This document shows positions 57,261-64,000 of a DNA stretch of 64,000 nt, one piece after another. A model generated the notes under the pieces. That model made no database searches, was not told the origin of the DNA, and was given only the letters and a program-made list of their open reading frames with translations. The position numbers and the translations under genes were made by a program. Position 1 is the stretch's first letter, and every line of letters begins with the position of its first letter. Source of the DNA: Octopus sinensis (lineage: Eukaryota); assembly GCF_006345805.1 (NCBI RefSeq), contig NC_043016.1, positions 21,886,001-21,950,000 on the forward strand, given 5' to 3'.

Positions 57261-58330
57261 GTTATACAAACATACACATACATACATACATATCAGCCAT
57301 TCCCAAAAGCCAGTTTCATCCATTTCATTCAAAATTCTGACCACTATTCTTTATATATTCAATATTTGCACACACACACACACACACACATTCAGCTTTT
57401 TGCTTTTATTCATTGTTTTTTTCGTTGTCATCTGTCACTATTCATCTTGTTTTTTGTTTTTTTTGTTTTGGGGGTTTCACTTTAGTGACACCAGTTACAC
57501 ATGATGCCAGGAATTTGCTTGTCACCAAAGTGGAAAGAGTTTTTTAATTTTTGAAAATTTGAAAGGAAAAAAAATGGGTAAATGCTCACTGCCCACTTGA
57601 GTATATTTGCCCCCCCCCCACACACACACACACAAAAAATGAAATAAAATCTCCCAATGCCCTCTTTCAGCACAACAGCTTCCACAAGGGGTTGCTAGTG
57701 CCCATGTTGGGTAACGCTGCAGTAGGGTGTGATTCAAGAGAACTTTGATATTCTGGCAAATCAAGCCACTATGCAGAGTCCCTTCCCTCATTTACACAAA
57801 ATAGACTTGGTTGTTGATGTTGTTTATCTCTGTTAAAAAATACACATGATGATACATTCCAATGGATACTAGGAACTACATTGTCCATCTCCTTTTAAGA
57901 TTGTTAGTCTGCCTGCTTAAAACAACAGCCAAATCTCCCACAATGTAGAAGCTCCCTTGTTGAACACTGAGACCACCCAGCATACATTAGCATCACATAT
58001 GACATAAAATTGTTACTCGGCAATACAGCACAGCACATAGACCAGATGTGACTCTTACTAACCAGAAAACTCTCCTGTTTACACTCTTTATTTCATTCTT
58101 TTAGAGAGATGATTGGTATAAGAGATGGTATAGTACATGAGTGAGATGAAGGGCTGGCGGTGTTTTAGTTACATATATAGATATACTGACATAATTTTCA
58201 TTATAATATAAATATAATTCCTTTACAAGAAAATAATTTATTTCGAGAATCTATTTCAGTATCAAGTGTAAGTAAAAACTCAAAAATTTTAGAAGTATTA
58301 TACAACAAATCTTTTCTTTGTTATTTTCAG

Positions 58331-58444
58331 AAAAATCAGACAAACACTGAAAAGTGCAAAGTGGAAAAATGCAGTGATCTCAATGCAAGAAAAACCTCAG
58401 TCTTGGATATAGTTAAAAACTTTCAGAAGTTGCAAGCCACTTAA
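58331..58444 (+). CDS. CRACD-like: Coding exon 8, terminal (KNQTNTEK...TSVLDIVKNFQKLQAT*)
   Basis: TTTTCTTTGTTATTTTCAG acceptor, phase 0, 37 codons then TAA. AATAAA at 58870. Confidence 0.75.
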   Translation, partial: KNQTNTEKCKVEKCSDLNARKTSVLDIVKNFQKLQAT

Positions 58445-58941
58445 AGTGGTTATATAATTCCTAGAGTTTGTGTTCATGTGATTGTGTTGTTGTTGTTTCT
58501 TTAACCCCCAGATCAACACTGATAAGGAAAACTTATGTTTAAATGCATTCCAACCATGATCAGCAACATCTATCAAGTGTCTACAAAATCCAATATATCA
58601 GAAATTTTTTTCAGAATATACAATGTAATTCGAGGAAGATTTAACTGCTATACTTGTCAGTCATTAACAAGGTAGATTTCCTCACTGATTCATGTATATG
58701 TATAGTGTTCGTGCATATAGTTTCATATGCATATGAGCTTGCAAATTTATTAGTATATAAATGTATACATGATATGCATACAAATGCACATATATATCTA
58801 TATATGCATGCATTATTTGAGAATGTGTTTGTGTTTATGTCTATTATCGATAAGAATATAGATTTCAAAAATAAAAATGGATTACTATATAAAAATGGAT
58901 TATAAAAATATTGGCTTATTAAAATAAAAATGGATGGATTT

Positions 58942-59072
58942 TAAAGATAGATGGATTTTAAAAATATGTGGGTTATAAAGATAGATGGATTTTAAAAATA
59001 TGTGGGTTATAAAGATAGATGGATTTTAAAAATAGATAAATTATAAAGATAAATGGATTTTAAAAATAGATG
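58942..59072 (+). repeat. 34-bp (2 x 17-bp) tandem repeat, ~4 copies
   Basis: TAAAGATAGATGGATTTTAAAAATATGTGGGTTA with starts at 58942, 58976, 59010 and 59044. Confidence 0.92.
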
Positions 59073-59649
59073 TATATGTTAGGCTATTGAGAAAATTTTA
59101 ACATCAGAACTATACCAAGGCCTGTCACAGCTGTGAGTCACTGTTTGGCAGAGAAGACAGCACTTTGCTGGCCATTGCCATAGAGCTGGGAACCAACCAG
59201 TTTTTAAACTTTTATTTTAATCATCATCAGGAGGTAGGCAGCACAGAGGAGCAGGAATAAAGATCTTTCCAAGAATGCTAAGGAACAATACTGGTATAAA
59301 CTGATTCTAAAATCAGTCTTGTTGAGGGATTAAGACAGTTGGAGGCAGAGAATGTTATAGTTTCATCTGTAGATGACTGATGATGATTTATGTCTATATA
59401 TGTATGTCTTTTAAGAAGCTCACTTTGCACTGCTTAGCACTTTGGGCAAGTCTTCTAAAGCCCCAAGTCAACAAGTGCCCTGTGAGTGAATTTGGTACAG
59501 AAGCTATATGGAATCCCATACTATATTATATTTTTCATTTGTATTATGTTTGTCCCTATCACCACATGACAACTGGTGTTTATGACTGTAACATATAATA
59601 TATGTATGTGTATATGCATATGTGTGTATAAATTAAAATGAATATGTAT

Positions 59650-60260
59650 GTACCCCTTACCACGATCCAGTCCACCCTCTTCCATGCCTGGTCTCTTGAC
59701 TGCATCCCTCCCAATATCCTCCTCACCCTTACCTGCCTCCCTTTCTCCATCTTACCTACTATCCCTCTTCAAATATGCCCACAACCTACATGACCTACTG
59801 GTCCTTAGCATCTTTCTTCTCCTCACACTGAACCTGGCTTTCATCCATGCTGCCATACCTGTCCTTTCTTCAACATCACTGTCGTCATTGGTATCCATAA
59901 CTGCTTCTACTACATCAACTCATTCCATTGCACTTTTGATAATAATTCCGGCAACCTTTGCTCTTTTTTGCAACTTCCTATACAATAGACCAACTGGTCA
60001 GTACATAGCTGACCATTTCGTTGAACACGTTTAGGACATCAGTTCAGCAATAACCTCTTGGTCTCATTTCATTTCCACTTGATCGATCATTCCCTGCAAC
60101 ATCTGTCTGTTTAGACTGACCTTACACAGAGAACACCCAGACTTCTACCTCCATCAGGTTCAGGAATTTTCTCTCTTCATACTTTAGTCCTGTGTAGTCT
60201 GAATGCTCCACTCTTTTCATTTAAGGCTCTCCTCTACATACATTTACACACACCACACAC
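59650..60260 (+). mobile_element. Penelope-like GIY-YIG endonuclease remnant
   Basis: CNFLYNRPTGQYIADHFVEHV*DI resembles the C..LYIGETGR.L..RF.EH.RDI motif. Upstream CTFDN is also consistent. Confidence 0.55.
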
Positions 60261-60387
60261 CTCTTGCCTTCCTACTGCCCTCTCAACTTCTACCTTAAAT
60301 ACACGTACCCTATGCCGTTTAACTTATTACTCACCATTTACATTCACCTTGCTCACCATTTACATTCAAGCAACACATGTGCATGTG

Positions 60388-60420
<33 letters not shown>

Positions 60421-60647
60421 CTTCACACTCACTTCCATCTCACACTTCCCAAGACCTACCACTTTTGTCACCTCTATTCCACTCTACATCTCTATAATAT
60501 AACACTTAACATCCTCCTACGACACGTCAGCCTCACACACATACATGCGCCCATAAACACATATACACATATGCACAAATACTTTGTCTTATAGCCTCAT
60601 ACGCATGCACCAACTGAGAACAGAAAAATGCACAATTCACACACGTG

Positions 60648-63040
60648 TGTATTGTATTGTAGTTTGTCCATCGATGCGACGAAGACCATCTAGTCATCCT
60701 GGGGTGGGGATGGGCTTGTTTTGTGAGTCCGCAGGTGGCTAGTGAGGCCAATCTATGCCCAAAAGAGTCTTTGACAGTGTGAACAGGGAATGGTAGCACC
60801 TGCTACAGGGTTGTTAGCTCTGTTCTTCCTGGCTTGTCTTCAGTCTTCTGTAGCAGCGATCCTATTTGTTTCGCGTGTGTTGGCACCCTTGTGGACAGCT
60901 GATTGCCACCTTTCTCTGTCTAGAGCAGACTGCTCCCAAGTGTCATGGTCGATGTTGAAGGCTTTCAGTGTGTCTTTAAAGTGCTTCTTCTGGCTGCCTT
61001 GTGAACACTTTCCCTTTTGCAGCTCACCAAAGAGCAATCTTTTTGGTAATCAATCGTCTGACATGCAAGCTATGTGCCCTGCCCAGCGAAGCTGAGACTG
61101 CATCAAGATGGTATGGATGCTGGGCAGGTTAGCACGTATTAGTACCTCAGTGTCCAGGAATCTGTCTTGCTACTTTATGCCGAGAAGTTTTCTGAGACGT
61201 ATTGTATGAAAGTGGTTCAGCTTCCTGGCATAATGCATTCGCAGCCGTAAAGCAGCGTTGTGAGAAGAACAGCCCGGTACACCTTGATCTTTGTCACAAT
61301 GGTGATCATGTCCCAGACAGTCTTGCGTAGCCTGCTGAAGGCAGTGCTTGCCTTGGCGAGTCTGGCGTTGATTTCGTTATTGACATTTCTAGAGAGTGTG
61401 CTGCCAATGTAGGTGAACCACCACTTCAGTTGATGGTGATGTTGGGTTTAACATAGGGCTTGGTTGGAGCTGGCTTATACATTACCTCAGTCTTTTTTGT
61501 ATTGATAGTAAGGCCAAAGTTGTTGCAGGCGCTAGAGAACAAGTCAACGCTGTGCTGCATGTTGGATTCAGTGGCAGCGAACAGGAGATCGTTGACTATT
61601 GAAACCTTGGTTTTCGCTTTGAACCTCCTGAGGCTGAAGACTGAACTGTTGGACTGGTACTTGATGCCAATGCCTATGTCTGTGTCCGTGAAAGCATCTG
61701 TCAGCATGACTGAGCAAGGTGGGAGCAAGGACACATCTTTGTTTCACTCCACTGGAGACAGGTCGCTCCATTGTCCTGTACTCTTGCCAACATGCCATCC
61801 TGTAGTTGTCTTACGATGGTGATGAATTTTCTGGGGCATCCATACTTCGCCAATATTCTCCAGAGCCCTTCTCTACTAACGGTATCAAAGGCCTTGGTCA
61901 GGTTGATGTAGGTGGAGTAGAGGTCAACATTCTGCTCCCGACACTTGTGCAGCTGTCTAGCAACAAACAGCATGTCGATAGTCCCACGCTCTTTCTGGAA
62001 GCTACACTGGCTCTCAGGTAGGAGACCCTGCTCTAGGCGTGGAATGAGGCGGTTGAGCAAAACTCTAGCCAGGATCTTGCCTGTGATGGACAGCAGTGAA
62101 ATTCCGCGATGATTGTTGTAGACCTGGTGGTTTCCATTTCACTTGTAGAGGTGGATGATGGAGCCGTTCTTGAAGTCTTGAGGCACTGTCTCGTACATCC
62201 AGATGAGCTGAAACAGCTGGTGAATTTTCCTGGTCAGGGCCATACCACCTTCTTTGAATACTTCAGCTGGGATGGAGTCCAGACCAGGTGCTTTGCTACT
62301 GGACAGTAGGCGGCATGCTTTCTGAATTTCTTCCAAAGTTGGTTCAACGTCCATTGACTCCTCAACGGGGACTTGAGGTAGCCTATCAATGGCTTCACCA
62401 TTGATGGTGGAAGGCCTATTCAGGACGCTATCGAAATGTTCAGCCCATCTCTCTAATACCTTTTCCTTGTCGGTGATCAGTGTTGCCCAGTCAGCACTAA
62501 GGAGGGGAGACAGTGTTCTTGCAGTAGTAGGGCTGTAAACTTCCTTCAAGCTGTCATAGAAATTCTTCATGTCATTTCTGTCTGCAAAGCCCTGGATCAT
62601 GTCTGCTTTGCTGCTAAGCCAGGAATCCTGCAACTTCGCTTGGATTTTGCTCTGTACAATCCGCAGTCTGTCCTTCTTTGAAACTGGCTTAGGGTCAGTG
62701 AGGCGAGCTTTGTAAACACGATGTTTTTCCTCTAGTAGTTGCTTGATCTTTTTGGTAATCAATCGTCTGACATGCAAGCTATGTGCCCTTCCCAGCGAAG
62801 CTGAGAATGCATCAAGATGGTATGGATGCTGGGCAGATTAGCATGTATTAGTACCTCGGTGTCCAGGAACCTGTCCTGCCACTTTGTATGAAAGTGGTTC
62901 AGCTTCCTGGCATGATGCTGGTAGACCATCCAGCATTCGCAGCTGTAAAGCAGCGTTGTGAGAACAACAGCCCGGTACACCTTGATCTTTGTCATGATGG
63001 TGATCCCCCTCCTGTCCCAGACAGTCTTGCGTAGCCTACA
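60648..63040 (-). mobile_element. RTE-clade (BovB-like) LINE, 5'-truncated, with an internal ~290-bp duplication
   Basis: KAPGLDSIPAEVFK, QCSFQKERGTIDMLFVARQL, YINLTKAFDTVSREGLW, GVKQRCVLAPTL, FGLTINTKKTEVM, GSQKKHFKDTLK, and an (ACAAT)n tail. Confidence 0.93.
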
Positions 63041-64000
63041 AATAGCTACTAGGAGCCACAAATGAGAGCTGAGTGCAGGTGGGGACCAAGACGGATCAAC
63101 TACTCCGAGGAGGAGCACGACTGTTGCCCCGTCAGAGGTACTACGCTTCCTGTACACCCCATACCTGTATATGCATACACCCTACACATGCATAAACACA
63201 GTATACACATACACATAGCTTCATATATACATACATACTTCATGTCTGTACACATACACACACACAATGCGCATCCATGCACACAAATATTAGCTTCATA
63301 CACACACATATTTGTTCTCACATACACACACATGCCCATACATACACATGGACACATTAACTTCAAATACTCATACACACATGCTTAATTCTCACACACT
63401 CATATGCCAGGTCACTGTTACCACCCAATCCTCAAACCAATCCTCCTACCACCCAATCCTCATACCAACCTCTTCCTCTTCTGGCATGCATTGTTCATTT
63501 AATTAAGACACACTTGTTTTTTTTTCACTCTACTTCTTTTCCTCCTGGGCTTTAACCTAATACACCCTATTTGTTGGGGTTTTTTTTTTAACCTTGTCTT
63601 CATTTTGTTTTTGTACCATATATTATATATTCACTGGTCATCCCAGTTTGATCCTCCCTGACTGAATTTCCTCCTTTCTTGGACTCCCTCATCTCTTTGA
63701 CCTGCATTTTGGATTATTGCCACCTCCCGAAGACTACCTAAGCACTGAACTCTACCTAGATTACCACTGGAACTCTGTTTAGATTACCATTGTTACTCTA
63801 CTTATATTACCATCTTCCTGGATCTTACTCTGCACTGTTGATGATGTGTGTGTACAGTAGTAGTGACACTTAGCAGTGATGGGAAATAAACAAAATTTAG
63901 GTTAGTTTGTGACCTATTTTAGCTTCTAAAGGCAATATCAGTGCAATTTACTAAAGAAAAAAATTCTTGCTTATGGTAAACCATACAAAAACACTTTTAT

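Noticed and set aside
63780-63870. TTGATGATGTGTGTGTACAG as another hammerhead relic
   Set aside because: No GAAA, stem III or NUH follows, so it is too degenerate to support.

Overview
AT-rich, repeat-dense animal DNA. The SINE/LINE repertoire and the (TA)n/(CA)n load suggest an octopod cephalopod; this is an inference from remembered repeat consensus sequences, not from a search. One protein-coding gene can be reconstructed on the + strand. It has eight phase-consistent GT-AG coding exons: 29420-29516, 32395-32584, 38761-38902, 47050-47116, 48574-48707, 50221-50323, 52935-55498 and 58331-58444 (3411 nt, 1136 aa). The product is a CRACD/KIAA1211 (DUF4592)-family, largely disordered protein. 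Candidate non-coding 5' exons lie at about 20.9-23.1 kb, and there are candidate alternative C-termini. The rest is decayed mobile DNA: two RTE-clade LINE families, R4/Dong-like RLE retroelements, Penelope-like (PLE) RT and GIY-YIG fragments, an internally deleted Gypsy element, Tc1, mariner, hAT and MULE DNA transposons (the MULE with a perfect 9-bp TSD), Helentron/HINE-like pieces and several tRNA-derived SINEs. There is one 100-N gap. The most notable unexplained structure is a set of minimal type I hammerhead-ribozyme motifs from four sequence families. Two of these families form adjacent palindromes at 7.8-8.5 kb, each carrying one hammerhead per strand, and the pair at 8335-8491 keeps the full catalytic consensus. 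Other notable items are a 144-bp inverted templated copy at a Gypsy/LINE junction, a minisatellite derived from LINE coding sequence, and several fold-back structures. Most mobile-element boundaries are approximate.
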